64,000 bases of DNA from Bolinopsis microptera. Taxonomy: Eukaryota. The notes below the pieces were generated by a model. That model saw only the letters and a list, made by a program, of their open reading frames with translations, did no database searches and was not told where the DNA came from. The position numbers were made by a program, and so were the translations under genes. Of the stretch, positions 1 to 11,712 are shown piece after piece; the first letter of the stretch is position 1, and every line of letters starts with the position of its first letter. The stretch covers positions 4,810,797-4,874,796 of the forward strand of contig NC_087080.1 in NCBI RefSeq assembly GCF_026151205.1, in the 5' to 3' direction.

Positions 1-64
1 TATCTCATACAAATTTGCCAGTTCTGCAATTTATCTTATTCTGACAAGTTTATAGCAGCATAAA

Positions 65-382
65 TTGGAAAAATTTTCATGCTCTCACAGCAGTTCTTGC
101 ATTAACCCGTGCATTAGTAAAATCACAGTTTCATACCATGCCAAAAAGCTTGCAGTGGGACATTGCAACATGCAGGGAGGACTAACAGGTATGCCAAAAT
201 GTCTTGAAATCCAAGATCTAATCTGGAAAGAGAAATTAGATGTTTTATGCCTGAATGAAACAAATCTTAAGTCGGATATTGACTCAGCCAGTCTAAACCC
301 AAGAATTTTACTTTTATCCGCAAAGACCGTCCTAACGACAATGGTCATGGGGGATGTGGCATTCTCATCAGTGAGCACATAA
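65..382 (+). CDS. LINE ORF2 N-terminal APE endonuclease segment, out of frame with the main ORF (frameshift around 300-390)
   Basis: An LNETNL motif. Another frame across 300-390 reads FIRKDRPNDNGHGGCGILISEHIKF and runs on into the 391 ORF. Confidence 0.6.
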   Translation: MEKFSCSHSSSCINPCISKITVSYHAKKLAVGHCNMQGGLTGMPKCLEIQDLIWKEKLDVLCLNETNLKSDIDSASLNPRILLLSAKTVLTTMVMGDVAFSSVST

Positions 383-390
383 AGTTTAAA

Positions 391-3081
391 ATGATTCAAC
401 TAAACTTAGTTTTGCAATATGACCAAATCGAGGCTATTTGGATCCATCTTACAGATTGCAATATTTTCATCTGCTGTTTCTACAGATCTGAGTTGTTTAG
501 TCCTCTTGACAAATTTTTAGATTATATGACAGACTGCATGATGAGTATAGGAAGTAAGAATGTTATTTGGCTGGGTGATGTAAATGTAGACCAAAACAAC
601 ATCAGCAGTATGAACTATAAGAAATTAGACATTACAATGAAAATGTTTGGAATGGTACAGGTAGTTCAGGATATTACCCGCATTGCTAAACTAGGAAACA
701 GAATCACAAAGACCACAATCGATGTTGTCATAACAAACACTTACTCCAAGTTTCTTGACTGCAAAGTCCTTGATGATTGTATAGGAGATCATCAGGTCGT
801 AAAGTTCATTGTCGATTTCAATGTGCATAAGGCCTCAAAATTCAAGAAGTTACTAATAAGAGATCACAGCACAATGAATGTTACTGCTCTTAAAGAATTT
901 TTGGAAACCTGTGATTATAGACCAATAATAGATTCAACTAGTCTGAATGATGCAGTTGATGGTTTAAACGAACATATTGATCACTACTATGATCACTTCT
1001 GTCCAATTAAACAAATTAAGTGCCATAGTGATTACATCCATAAGCCATCTCCAGAATTTTTAGAAAGTAAGAAATTGAAAGGGAAACTTTACCGTAAATT
1101 TTTAACACACAACAAGAACAGACGCATACATCCAAATGGTCTTATACACTGTAATAAATGTGACTCATTATGGATGGCATATAAACGGCAGAGAAACTAT
1201 TCAACCTATTTGTCTAGAATTAATAGGAAGACTAACTTAGCAACAGAACTGAAAGCCAAGTGTGCCATGAATGATCTAAAGGGTGTATGGAAAACGATAA
1301 AGACAGCATCAAATCTGCCTGTTAAAGCTAACAATATCAATAACAATCTTGATGCTGAAACCACCAATAAATATTTTGCTGAAATAGGTCCAAAGATCCA
1401 AGCAGAAGTGCAGCTGGAAAATGAAAATGAATTTCTATCTTATCTACAAAATGAGCAGATTGACAACGAGACCAGCTTGAATAGCTTTACTGAAATAACT
1501 GAGTCCAATATCTTAGACTATGTGGCAAGTATCCCTTGTAGCAAATCCACTAATGATCATATACCATTGAGAGTGTTTAGACAAATTTTACCTGCATTTA
1601 TTGCTCCATTAACACATCTTGTAAATTTGAGTTTATCCAGTGGCATCATGCCAAACAGCTGCAAGGTTGCAAAAATCACCCCAATCCATAAGGATGGTGA
1701 TACTGAGAATCCTAGTAATTATCGACCAATCTCAATTTTACCGATTCTTGGAAAGTGCATCGAATTTTGTGTGAACTCCCAACTGACTCAATATCTTGAT
1801 GAAAAGGGAATACTTTCAGAGCATCAATATGGTTTCCGTAAAGATCACTCTACAACTTATCTCATGTTAGATCTGTTTGATCGTATATTTACTGCTAAGA
1901 ACAGTGCCAAGCATCCTGCAATTATCTTCCTGGACATCAGAAAGGCATTTGATACTGTTAACCATGATATTCTCATTCAAAAGCTGAAGCATTATGGAAT
2001 AAAAGATACTGCATTGAGCTGGTTTAGGAGCTTCCTCACAGATAGATTACAGCAAACTAGAGTTGGGAGTAGGATAAGCAGTTTACATTCATTGAACTCT
2101 GGAGTGCCTCAAGGAAGTATATTAGGACCAATTCTATTCAGCATTTTTATCAATGACCTGCCTAATGCATGCCTATTTTCTAAACCTTATCTATTTGCTG
2201 ATGACGGTGCATTATATTTTGACAATATATCTAGAGGAAACTATGGTAACATCAAACAAGAGTTGAAATTAGTTATCAGATGGCTTCAGGCTAATAAACT
2301 ATCCCTGAATAATGAAAAAACAAAACTAATGATCCTTGACTCTAAGCCTAACCTTGATGCCATCCTTGTTGAAATTTGTGATGACCTTACTTTGGTAATC
2401 TGTGAAACTAAATCCCATAAGTACCTTGGACTTATAGTTGACAGCAGATTGACATTTAATGAACATATTGATAACATTAAGAAAAAGATATCCAAAAGAA
2501 TTGGTGCTATGTATAGATCAAAAAAACTTCTCCCTCTTAAGTTCAGGAAGATGTTTGCTAATGCACTTATGTTGCCACATTTTGACTACTTAGACACCAT
2601 CTGGTTAAGAACATATAAAAAACGACTAGGAGAGTTAGATATCATGTACAAAAAGGTTGCTAAAATAGCCCTAGATGTAAACATCAGAGAGAGGTCGGTT
2701 AATGTATACAAAAATATGGGATGGCTTCCTCTCCATTTGAGACGACAGGTTCATCTTAGCTCATATATGTACCGTATAATCAATGAAACATGTCCAAAGC
2801 ATTTTATCGGGAAATTCTCGTATATTTCTGGTGGATCACGTGAGGCAGAAAACTGCAATCTTTATACTCCTAAATCAAGATCTCACAAGGAGTTTAACTA
2901 TCTAGGAACTAAGGCCTGGAACATATTACCAAAGTCCCTTAGAGAGTGTGACGACGTTAAGAAATTTTCTAAGTTATACAAAGAAACTCTTATGAATATG
3001 TTGCTAACTGATGAGAATTACCAAGGGGATAACTCTTACGATAAATTCATGATCCCACCCAACACTAGCCAATGTATCTAG
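391..3081 (+). CDS. LINE ORF2: endonuclease C-terminal part plus reverse transcriptase
   Basis: An 896-aa ORF. RT blocks YRPISILPILGK, FRKDHSTTYL, FLDIRKAFDTVNHD, GVPQGSILGPILF, LFADDGALY. C-terminal tail LPHFDYLDTIW...CP. Confidence 0.9.
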   Translation: MIQLNLVLQYDQIEAIWIHLTDCNIFICCFYRSELFSPLDKFLDYMTDCMMSIGSKNVIWLGDVNVDQNNISSMNYKKLDITMKMFGMVQVVQDITRIAKLGNRITKTTIDVVITNTYSKFLDCKVLDDCIGDHQVVKFIVDFNVHKASKFKKLLIRDHSTMNVTALKEFLETCDYRPIIDSTSLNDAVDGLNEHIDHYYDHFCPIKQIKCHSDYIHKPSPEFLESKKLKGKLYRKFLTHNKNRRIHPNGLIHCNKCDSLWMAYKRQRNYSTYLSRINRKTNLATELKAKCAMNDLKGVWKTIKTASNLPVKANNINNNLDAETTNKYFAEIGPKIQAEVQLENENEFLSYLQNEQIDNETSLNSFTEITESNILDYVASIPCSKSTNDHIPLRVFRQILPAFIAPLTHLVNLSLSSGIMPNSCKVAKITPIHKDGDTENPSNYRPISILPILGKCIEFCVNSQLTQYLDEKGILSEHQYGFRKDHSTTYLMLDLFDRIFTAKNSAKHPAIIFLDIRKAFDTVNHDILIQKLKHYGIKDTALSWFRSFLTDRLQQTRVGSRISSLHSLNSGVPQGSILGPILFSIFINDLPNACLFSKPYLFADDGALYFDNISRGNYGNIKQELKLVIRWLQANKLSLNNEKTKLMILDSKPNLDAILVEICDDLTLVICETKSHKYLGLIVDSRLTFNEHIDNIKKKISKRIGAMYRSKKLLPLKFRKMFANALMLPHFDYLDTIWLRTYKKRLGELDIMYKKVAKIALDVNIRERSVNVYKNMGWLPLHLRRQVHLSSYMYRIINETCPKHFIGKFSYISGGSREAENCNLYTPKSRSHKEFNYLGTKAWNILPKSLRECDDVKKFSKLYKETLMNMLLTDENYQGDNSYDKFMIPPNTSQCI

Positions 3082-3299
3082 GCAGTTATGTTATTTCGGT
3101 TAAGTTATCTCAGTACATAAGTGAATCCAATCTATCCCCTGCAATCAAAGTATTTCCATGCCTATTAAGCTATTACAGGAAATTAGGAACATCAGTGGAA
3201 AGGTGCACTGTCAATCATTATTGCTCCATACCTCCAGTCCTCCTGTTATGTGCAATTCTCACTGTATGCTCCTCATTTGTATCAATTATATTGATGCTA

Positions 3300-3480
3300 C
3301 ATTGTTATTGAATATGAAATAATTTTCAACCGTATTAATTTATTAACTTATTGTAAATAGCAAGTTTGACAAAGGGATTACGTTTATTTTACCCGGAGTT
3401 CGTTTAAGTTTAGTATTGTAAATAGTTAATTTGACGAAGGGAATACGTCTATTTTACCCTGAGTTATGTTTTAGTTCAAT
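3300..3480 (+). repeat. ~60-bp tandem repeat (2 copies) in the LINE 3' UTR
   Basis: ttgtaaatagcaagtttgacaaagggattacgtttattttacccggagttcg is repeated with a few substitutions. Confidence 0.6.
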
Positions 3481-3673
3481 CTTGACACAATTTTAAAATT
3501 ATAATTTAATTATTTTATATATATGTATTGTCCATAACTAGGGTGGCCTGCTAACAGAACCATGATCTGCCTTGATTCATCCTTCAGCACAGAGAAAAGC
3601 TCCTTTTTTTATACATTATGATTACAGAGGATCTGATATTTAGATATATATTGCTGTGCTGTAAAAATTGACT

Positions 3674-3714
3674 TTATTTATTTATTTATTTATTTATTTA
3701 TTTTATGGAATATA
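3674..3714. repeat. (TTTA)n microsatellite
   Basis: tttatttatttatttatttatttattta. Confidence 0.9.
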
Positions 3715-4124
3715 GGTAATCCAAAGGGATTGACAGTATTAAGGCCAAAAGGTCTAAGAGAATTAAGCAAATGTATGTAGTTATTTTCTTTTACTTCAAG
3801 TGTACTGGGACTGCAATTCTCTAAAATAAAAGTTCTAAAAGTTTCATTAAAATCTGTATGTACTCCTAAACCGTGGTCAATCAAGTGAACCCCTAGGCTA
3901 TACTCATCACTAGTAATATCAAATGCTCTACCATCAACGATTTCATAAAATTTGGACCTGTGTCCGTCCATCCTTTTATGCAAGCTATTAATAGTCCTAC
4001 CCACATAGTTTTTCTTACAAATCGAACACTGTACAAGATAGATGATGTTATAGGTCTTGCAACAACCAGGGGCTGATTTGATCTTTTTGCGGGGCAGACA
4101 GAAGGGGCAGACAGAAGACATCAC
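3690..4124 (-). CDS. GIY-YIG endonuclease domain fragment, Penelope-like element EN module (truncated)
   Basis: A 144-aa ORF with a Cys cluster (CPFC...C) followed by NIIYLVQCSICKKNYVGRTINSLHKRMDGHRS (GIY-YIG). No RT lies upstream on this strand. Confidence 0.55.
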   Translation of the reverse strand: MMSSVCPFCLPRKKIKSAPGCCKTYNIIYLVQCSICKKNYVGRTINSLHKRMDGHRSKFYEIVDGRAFDITSDEYSLGVHLIDHGLGVHTDFNETFRTFILENCSPSTLEVKENNYIHLLNSLRPFGLNTVNPFGLPIFHKINK

Positions 4125-4210
4125 ATCGGCAAAGTTAATGGACGGCTATACAGCAACGTGGCTAGTGACCCGCCTGCACCCCAGCGGATGGGGAGGAACG
4201 GTTAACAGGT

Positions 4211-5893
4211 ATGGTTAATCGTGTTCAAAAGGAAATTTGTTATCACTGTCTGAAGAATATTGGTCTGGGGCTTCCCCACTTTGAATGCTTTAACTGCAAC
4301 AGTATTTTCCATGCCAAATGTTTTAATCCCTCCAAAGCACAAGTTATTAATGACAACTTTTACTGCATCAAATGTAAACATTCTATATCTAAAAAATATA
4401 ATCCTTTTAAAGTAATGACCGATCCTGAAGTTAATGACTGTGACCCATATCTCCAAAAGATGTCTGATGTTTTGGAAAACTGTAGATCCTATACAATTAA
4501 GGACTTTAACACACATATCAAACCGTGTTTTGCAAGCAACTGCTCCATGATTTTCCAGAACATAGATGGCAATAAAACAAATTTTGATGCCTTTAGCATG
4601 GAACTAGACCTAATAGCCGAAAAATTTAAAATTATTGGACTTGCTGAAACCAATATTGGAATAGAGGAAAGCACTGTTTACCATCTAGAGGGATACAATT
4701 GTTTCTACCAAGATAAACATATCAATAAAGCGAAGGGAAGTGGAGTAGCATTGTACTTAAAGGACGAACTTAATGGAGTTGTAAACGAAGAATTATCATG
4801 GGTAACCAAAAATCTTGAAACTCTATTTATTACCATTCAACATGATGAACCTCTACATGTAGGAGTTCTGTACCGTCCTCCTAGTGGGAACGCCTCAGAG
4901 GCACTAAATGAACTTAGAAAAATGATTGAATCATGCTCAAAAAAGAATGTTTACATACTAGGAGACTTCAACATTAATCTCCATGATGAAAACAGTAAAC
5001 TCGTTCAAGACTTTGAAAACCTTATTCTAGGCCTAGGTTTATCACCACTTATTTCTACGTCTACGCATCATAAACCAGGATGTAACCAATCATGCATTGA
5101 CAACATACTCACCACCAACATCGAAAACTCTATCTGCTCTGGAACGATTAGTACCTGCATCAGTCACCATCATGCTGTATTTAACATATTCAACTCACCC
5201 CTAGTCAGTGCTGAGGATCATGAACAAAAGCACTTCCAGTACTATGACTACTGTGCAACTAATGTGAACAAATTTGTCGAAGTACTAGACAATGAATTAA
5301 CAAGTGATCCACAAGAAGATTTCAGTACTTTTTTCACTCTATTCAATCATCAACTAGTGTGGAATCTACCAGCAGAGCACGGAAACTGGAGGACTATTAA
5401 GAAGATAGAAGATGTTCAGAGAGAATTTACACGAATAATCGACGGGATTGGTATCCTACCATACGACGAGAGACTGAGAATCCTCCAGTTAACAACACTA
5501 CTGGAGCGCCGTATGAGGGGTGATCTTATTGAAACCTTTAAAATAACGACGGGTAAAGTGGACTATGGACAAGATCTTTTCAGGATATCACGTAGTGGTA
5601 CCAAGATCCTAAAAGATAAAAGAGGAAATCAGGTCCTCAGTAACCGTGTTGCCAATTACTGGAACAAAGTACCAAGTTCGGTTAAAGAAGCCAGTTCAGT
5701 AGACGCATTCAAAGCTCGACTTCAATGTTATAAAAATGAACTGATAGCGAGTGGAGCATCGTCAAAGGGTCACTTCTGGGATCTCAGCGAAACCTTGATG
5801 TCAAAAATAAATACATGTGAGCATGATTCATATGCATATTTCATGTCTAATAACCCATTGATTGCTAAATACCGAGGAATCAATGTATCTTGA
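4211..5893 (+). CDS. Internally deleted LINE ORF (Cys-rich N-terminus, APE endonuclease, RT C-terminal tail; RT core absent)
   Basis: A 560-aa intact ORF: GLAETNIG, GSGVALYLK, YILGDFNINL, HHAVF (endonuclease). It then jumps to LPYDERLRILQLTTLLERRMRGDLIETFKI, the typical post-RT tail. No RT palm motifs are present. Confidence 0.7.
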   Translation: MVNRVQKEICYHCLKNIGLGLPHFECFNCNSIFHAKCFNPSKAQVINDNFYCIKCKHSISKKYNPFKVMTDPEVNDCDPYLQKMSDVLENCRSYTIKDFNTHIKPCFASNCSMIFQNIDGNKTNFDAFSMELDLIAEKFKIIGLAETNIGIEESTVYHLEGYNCFYQDKHINKAKGSGVALYLKDELNGVVNEELSWVTKNLETLFITIQHDEPLHVGVLYRPPSGNASEALNELRKMIESCSKKNVYILGDFNINLHDENSKLVQDFENLILGLGLSPLISTSTHHKPGCNQSCIDNILTTNIENSICSGTISTCISHHHAVFNIFNSPLVSAEDHEQKHFQYYDYCATNVNKFVEVLDNELTSDPQEDFSTFFTLFNHQLVWNLPAEHGNWRTIKKIEDVQREFTRIIDGIGILPYDERLRILQLTTLLERRMRGDLIETFKITTGKVDYGQDLFRISRSGTKILKDKRGNQVLSNRVANYWNKVPSSVKEASSVDAFKARLQCYKNELIASGASSKGHFWDLSETLMSKINTCEHDSYAYFMSNNPLIAKYRGINVS

Positions 5894-7914
5894 TTGTTAA
5901 ATTCAGAACTACATGTTAACGTCCTAAAAATAATTAATCATTAAATGTTCCGGATAGGAACATTTTTCTTTTTGAAAATATTCGTGTCCTTCCACAACCC
6001 CCTGTTACCTGTGTTTCTGTCGGGGTAGCCTAATTCATCCGTTAGAATCGCAGAGTTAGCGGAGCTCATGATATCTCACGACGTATGCTGCATGAACGGT
6101 GCAAGACTTGCGCCGTTTGTTTCAGCATCCAGTTGCGAGTGCTTGCCCATCGAAAACATGATTAGTGATTGTGGATTTTATTGATATTACTGATTATCCA
6201 TCATATTCAGTATTAATGTTATCCATTATTTATTTATTGACATCCTTCAGTCTCCAAAACGAGGTGTGAAGGTAAATTAACTTTGAGCCTTGTTTTGGCG
6301 ACTGCTTAATCGATGGGCAAGTAGGTATTTGTTTTTTAGCAGTGTTGAACATTGAAACAATTATAAAATGTTTATTTTTATCTTATATAACCAATAACGT
6401 ACAATATGAATGACATATGCTATAGTGACGTAACATATATAGTGCAAAGAATTAGTAACTTGCGAGATGTGATTTAGTGATAATCGACGTTAACATTTTG
6501 CAGTTTACAGTTGCACAATGTTGGCGTCGATTGTTACTAACATTTATCTGAATTTAATACAAGTACATGTCACATATAAATTGGGTAGCTGAATGAAACT
6601 CGTGCCTCAAAATTTTCCGTTATTAGCATTGCAGTGTCCACGCCCTATACTGCGTTAACGACCGAAATTTTCCCAATATGCAATTATTATTTTGCTTCTA
6701 AAATTCTCTGATAATTAATAATATATCGTGACATGTAATTGTAAGATAACAAACCTCGCGCGCGGCGCTTACATCTGCACCTGAGAATCTCTCAGCAATG
6801 TGTGGCTGTCTGCGCGGCGGGCTGTGTATTGTGTCTATAGCTGAATTTAAATTTAGATTTATTTGTAAATGTATAATAATATTAAATATGTATTGATTGT
6901 TTTGTGGTAAATAAAAATTTTGTTTTACTAATTTTGTTTTACTTTCCATTATTGAGACGTTTTAAATATTTGATTTAAGAGGTTTTTATTTTATTTTATA
7001 GGACTGGTTCACAGTGTGAACAGATTCCAGACTTATATATTTTTAAGTGATATTTAATAAATGATTAAAAGAACCAATTTTAAAGTTGCCATAGTAAAGT
7101 TGCCATAGTAAAGCCTTTAGGTCCAAAAATATACCCATTATGCTCACGTAAAAACAACTCTAAATCAGTAGGCTGTCACTCTATTAATGCACCACACCGC
7201 TTCCTCCACTGCACTAAAAGTTATACAATAAATTCTACAATCCTAATTTTGTATCGTGATGGAGACCGGTGTCCATACAAAAATTTTACTAGGTTGCCGT
7301 TTGGTGTGAGCAATAGCGAACAGCACGAACACTCCTTTGCCCCGTCAACCTATATCTAATCTATTTAAAGAGTGACAACCATACTACACATTGAATTAGG
7401 ATTCCTTTAAATATCAAATTGATTTATTGTAAACTTGTTTACTCTGTAATAAATGGCATAAAATTGAATTTTTGTTTAACTGAATTTTTGTTTGATTATG
7501 TTTGCGTTTCATTGCTCAACAGCTGTTCGAAGGATCAAATATAAGAATTTTTGTTTAACTGATTTAACTATAACACCATATATTTCCTCACATTTTGTCA
7601 GAACTTCCCAACTATTCCATGGTCCTAATTTCAATCGAGATGGATCACTTACATTTTCATGATCTGGAAAACAGCATTCCTTTGCCTCTTCTACAATTTA
7701 TCATGTATATCATTAGGTGGCCCATGTGTGTCATTTTTGTAAAATTGCTGTAAAATCTTTATTTAATATTCTAATCGCTATCTTTATCTATTTATATATG
7801 TATTTTAGCCGTATCTCTATTAATTATCTTTAAACTCCTCTCCGCTCGCCTCCCGTGTGAAACGTGCGCGCCTGCACGCTGCAGTGAGTGGCGCGAAAGC
7901 ACATGGTTAGGTTA

Positions 7915-9685
7915 AGGCGCGTGTACTGTTGCTGCACAGGCTAAAATATATGTTAATTGACAATGTCAATTCATCGCAGCTCGGCGAGGCACAGTAGCGC
8001 ATTTCACCGATTTAGCGTTGCAAGAAGCATAATCAATAATTGAATGCGCGGCGCGGCACAGTAACGCATCGTGCTACAAGCTATAATATTTATAAACATA
8101 CTCATTGGAGAATGGAGCTATGGAGGAATTTGTATCACGTTGTGACACCCACGGTCGTCCTGACGATACAGGGGGAGCCGCGCACTTCGTGCGCGGCGGG
8201 TGATACAACGTATGACAAGGAGGAATGAAGCTGCCTACTGCGCGTGCTGTAGAATGACAGGCTGAGCGCTGCCAAGTATTGCATATTGAAGCGTGTACGC
8301 CGACGCACGACAGGCGAGCTCCTGTGTAGTGTGTCCTGGGATTGTGCGCGAAGATCGAAATGCAATTCGTGTATCAAGCCAACTGCCAAGTGCCAACAAT
8401 TTGTTTATCGTTATAAATGATAATGGACTAACCAGTTTCGGGATACTTCGTAGCAACTAGCAAGCTTGCCGCGCATCGATCCAATAATGCTTCTCGTCGT
8501 AAGGCCACCTTACGACGTAAATGTTTGTCGTTAGATGTAGGCAAAATGCACCCGGCACCCCTGCGGACCTCGCTGAGCTGCTATGCAAAGCGAAAAAGCA
8601 AAAACTCAATGGATGGTTAGTGGTTACCCGTACCGTAATGGGTGCCACATGCCTAGCATGAAATATTTACTTACTTACTTGCACTTAATTTGTGTATTAT
8701 ATGTTCATAATCATATAAATTCGGCGGAATGACAGGCTTGAGGCTGAGCGCGGCCCAGTAAACTTCGCATCGAAAAATTTAAACGAGTAACATCCGTCAA
8801 CTAATTAGTAGAGGCTCTTACGGGCAAAAAGACGTGTTTTTTGCTACGAGTTTAGAGACCTAACCGCTAATTGGACACAATAGTATGATGTCTAAGGATC
8901 GATAATATGTTAAGAAGTATAAATTTGGCCTTATTCGTCACGTGCTATACCAATGCGCGTTTTAAACTTTGACAGTCTATTAATCTAAGGCAAATAGATT
9001 AATTATATTCATATTTTGTCAGCAATAAGATCACATTATTTTCTATTTGGTGTGAAAATATGAGCTAGAACGGACATAATCGCGCTGAGTTATAGCTGTT
9101 TGAAATTTATGATGAACGCGCGGGTGCCAATTGATAACAACTAAATGCTTTTGCGCGTAGTGCGCGTCGAAAATTTGGCAAAAACGCTTGCGGAGTGACA
9201 ATATTCAAACTTCGATAAAGTATATGAAGTGGGTACTTCTCGGAAAGGAAAAATTTAGGCAAACACGATGTGACTATTTTTGAGTTGATTTAATACAACT
9301 GCAAAAAATTATTCAAACTTCAAGCAAAAAAGTCAAAATTTTTACCACTTTTTTGGGTTTTTGCCTGCACTAAAATAGAGGGATTTTTAAAATTTTTTAA
9401 CCATCTTGTGTGGCTGTCTTTTAGCTACCTTCATGCAAATTTTGCCGAAATGCCAACAAAATTAACTTGCTCAAATTATCAAAAAACATGCTTTTTTGGC
9501 CTATTTTTGGCCCCAAAATCGGTTTTTTGCAATTTTAACGGTGCTAACTCAGTCCAATCATTTTGAAACTACTTTTAATCGATTCTACGGTCAAAAATAC
9601 GTCTAGTAAGGTGTATCTGGGGTCCCTAGCGTATCGAGCAGACAATGCCCGTAAGAGCCTCTACTAAATAGTTATATGTAATTTG
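7915..9685. repeat. Left arm of outer inverted duplication (pairs with 19637-21385)
   Basis: ORFs at 8040-8228(+), 8135-8389(-), 8235-8456(-) and 8457-8648(-) translate to the same proteins as 21100-21288(-), 20939-21193(+), 20872-21210(+) and 20680-20871(+). The flanks of the included MITE are reverse complements of each other. Confidence 0.85.
8808..9664. mobile_element. MITE-A copy 1 (Tc1/mariner-like nonautonomous element, TA target duplication)
   Basis: Terminal inverted repeats GTAGAGGCTCTTACGGGCA ... TGCCCGTAAGAGCCTCTAC, flanked by TA on both sides; about 857 bp. Confidence 0.75.
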
Positions 9686-10180
9686 ACCAAAACCCATAAT
9701 CATGGGTAGAGTGGACCGCTGCCAGTGTCTCTCTTTCCCAAACAAAAGGAAATGATATTAATTTGATTGACCGTTCTCAAATGCAAAATGATACCGAGAA
9801 TGAAATCGGTCGCTCGCTTTTCCCATTCATTCACGGCTTTCGAATTGTAATAAGTTTCGATTGATTATATCAATCAGATGCTGTAAAAATCTCTTTGGGT
9901 TGCGTTCGGGTCGATACCTAGTATTTCGGGGTAAGGGTGGTAGTTACTACTACTGAAGTTTATTGAATCTTTATTGCCGAGTACAGCTGCTTTTGGGTAG
10001 TTTTTCTTAGTCTATTACAATTGTAAATGAATGGGAAAAGCGAGCGACCGATTTCATTCTCGGTATCATTTTGCATTTGAGAACGGTCAATCAAATTAAT
10101 ATCATTTCCTTTTGTTTGGGAAAGAGAGACACTGGCAGCGGTCCACTCTACCCATGATTATGGGTTTTGGTCAAATATCA
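9683..10180. repeat. Hairpin (foldback) element: ~150-bp inverted arms around a ~190-bp loop
   Basis: 9690-9835 aaaacccataatcatgggtagagtggaccgctgccagtg... is the reverse complement of 10025-10175. Confidence 0.8.
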
Positions 10181-11639
10181 TCTATTTTTGATTATTATAT
10201 AATGTCAGGGTACTTTATAAAGTCGAAATATAAACTGATATCTTCATTAATAAGGAGGAAGTTTCAACGATTTCGAAATTTTTCTTTTAAAAACATTTCC
10301 TTGTGTTTAGGTAAGCATATCGGTCGATCACTGACTGAATATGCCACTTCATACTCATTCAAGTTGGCATTAAATTCATATATAATGACATTAAACTGTC
10401 GTGGCAAAGCAGAATTTGTTGGAAATCACGAATGAGCAAAATTCTCACCTTTCGCGCGTGCAAACTTTGAGCGGACGTTGCGTGCGCATCCAATATTGAA
10501 TCGCCGTAAATTTTTGCATGTAATTGTTTTATATATAGTTTGATAAGCATGCAAAGTTTCAAAGTATTTCAAGAAGAATTGTAATCACAACGGCACTCTA
10601 AAGTTGACAGAAAATGACGAAAACAGCAATTTTCAGTGATTTTAGCGATTTTCTATCAATTTGGGCGTGTCCCCACGTGTGCAACTTTTCGATTTTTAAC
10701 TTTAAAACTAGCCTAATGCACAATTTATACCTATAGGAAGCAGAACTGAGCTCCACAACTCAAGGCATGGCCCAACACCAGAGAATACTAAATCGCAAAA
10801 TTGACGTTTTTATAAAAAAATTCTTCAAAAAAGCACAAACTTCAATGACGAATATCTTTATGAAGGAGCAAGCTAGAAAAACTTTCCGGTAGATTTTCAG
10901 AATGCTTAAACAATTATCTAAGGTAAAAATTTCCTCAGATTTTGAATACAATTACTTTTTAATGGTGTAAAATCATTTTTAAAAGTTATTACTTTGTCAA
11001 AAATCAAGTTTTAAAAACGGTTAACTTGATGACGTCATCAAAGGGTGTTCATGACGTCAAATAATTTGTTTATACAATGTAAACTAAAGTGTAAACAATT
11101 ATTTTCAAGACCTGTGGTCGGAAATGGCTGTATCTTTTATACTTTTGAATCTATGGACAATTAAATACAGGCTACAATTGACTGGCAAAGCGTCTATCCC
11201 TGAATATATGTATATGTATATGTATGTATGTATGTATCACGACAATCTGTCGTAAAACAGGGGTTCTAGAAAACCCACTTCCCGATGGTCCTGAAACCTG
11301 AAACTTTTTTTGCAATCGATTTGGTCAACGTCTAGACGCCCTGAAAAATTTCAGATCTCCAACTCAATTTTAACATGGTTTTTAAAGCACCTGAATATGG
11401 CGAGTTTGGGTTTTTTACCGAATTTCGTATAACAGTGCTGGCGAGTATTTTATGCAAATTTCTTAAAAATCTCAACATAACTATTTTTTATTCCTGTCAT
11501 CTTTGGCATCAAATTAGAATGTTTTGAACTAAAATAAATCTGCTGAACGACTTCCGATGAGTCTTAATGTCTGAAAAACACCTGCCGCCTCCGGCCGGAG
11601 TGCACGCTTCGCGTGCACGAAAGAGGCTTGTAACGTGTA

Positions 11640-11712
11640 CCAAAGAGGGTATAATAGCAAAGGGGGTATAATAGTAAAGGGGGTATAATAGTAAATGGGG
11701 TACATAGTATAC
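11640..11712. repeat. 17-bp tandem repeat x4 (aagggggtataatagta)
   Basis: Direct reading of the sequence. Confidence 0.8.

Larger units (their letters stand above)
1..3520 (+). mobile_element. Non-LTR retrotransposon (LINE, jockey/CR1-like), near-complete ORF2; window begins inside the element
   Basis: ORFs at 65-382 and 391-3081 together encode an APE-type endonuclease (VLCLNETNL...FIRKDRPNDNGHGGCGILISE) and an RT (FRKDHSTT, PQGSILGPILFSIFINDL, FADDGALY). A tandem ~60-bp repeat sits in the 3' UTR. Confidence 0.85.

Noticed and set aside
6000-6120. A stretch resembling a tRNA (gtcggggtagcctaattcatccgttagaatcgcagag)
   Set aside because: It cannot be folded into a cloverleaf with a proper acceptor stem and T-loop.
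6698-6949. 83-aa minus ORF in the AT-rich spacer with a GC-rich core (6760-6830)
   Set aside because: No similarity or signals were recognised; it is most likely noise. The GC-rich patch is noted, but its function is unassignable from sequence alone.
8040-8648. Four ORFs duplicated in the inverse arm (20680-21288)
   Set aside because: They are short, overlap in different frames, and are GC-rich repeat sequence. Their duplication reflects the inverted segmental copy, not conservation of a gene. Coding capacity for the R1-like repeat cannot be fully excluded.
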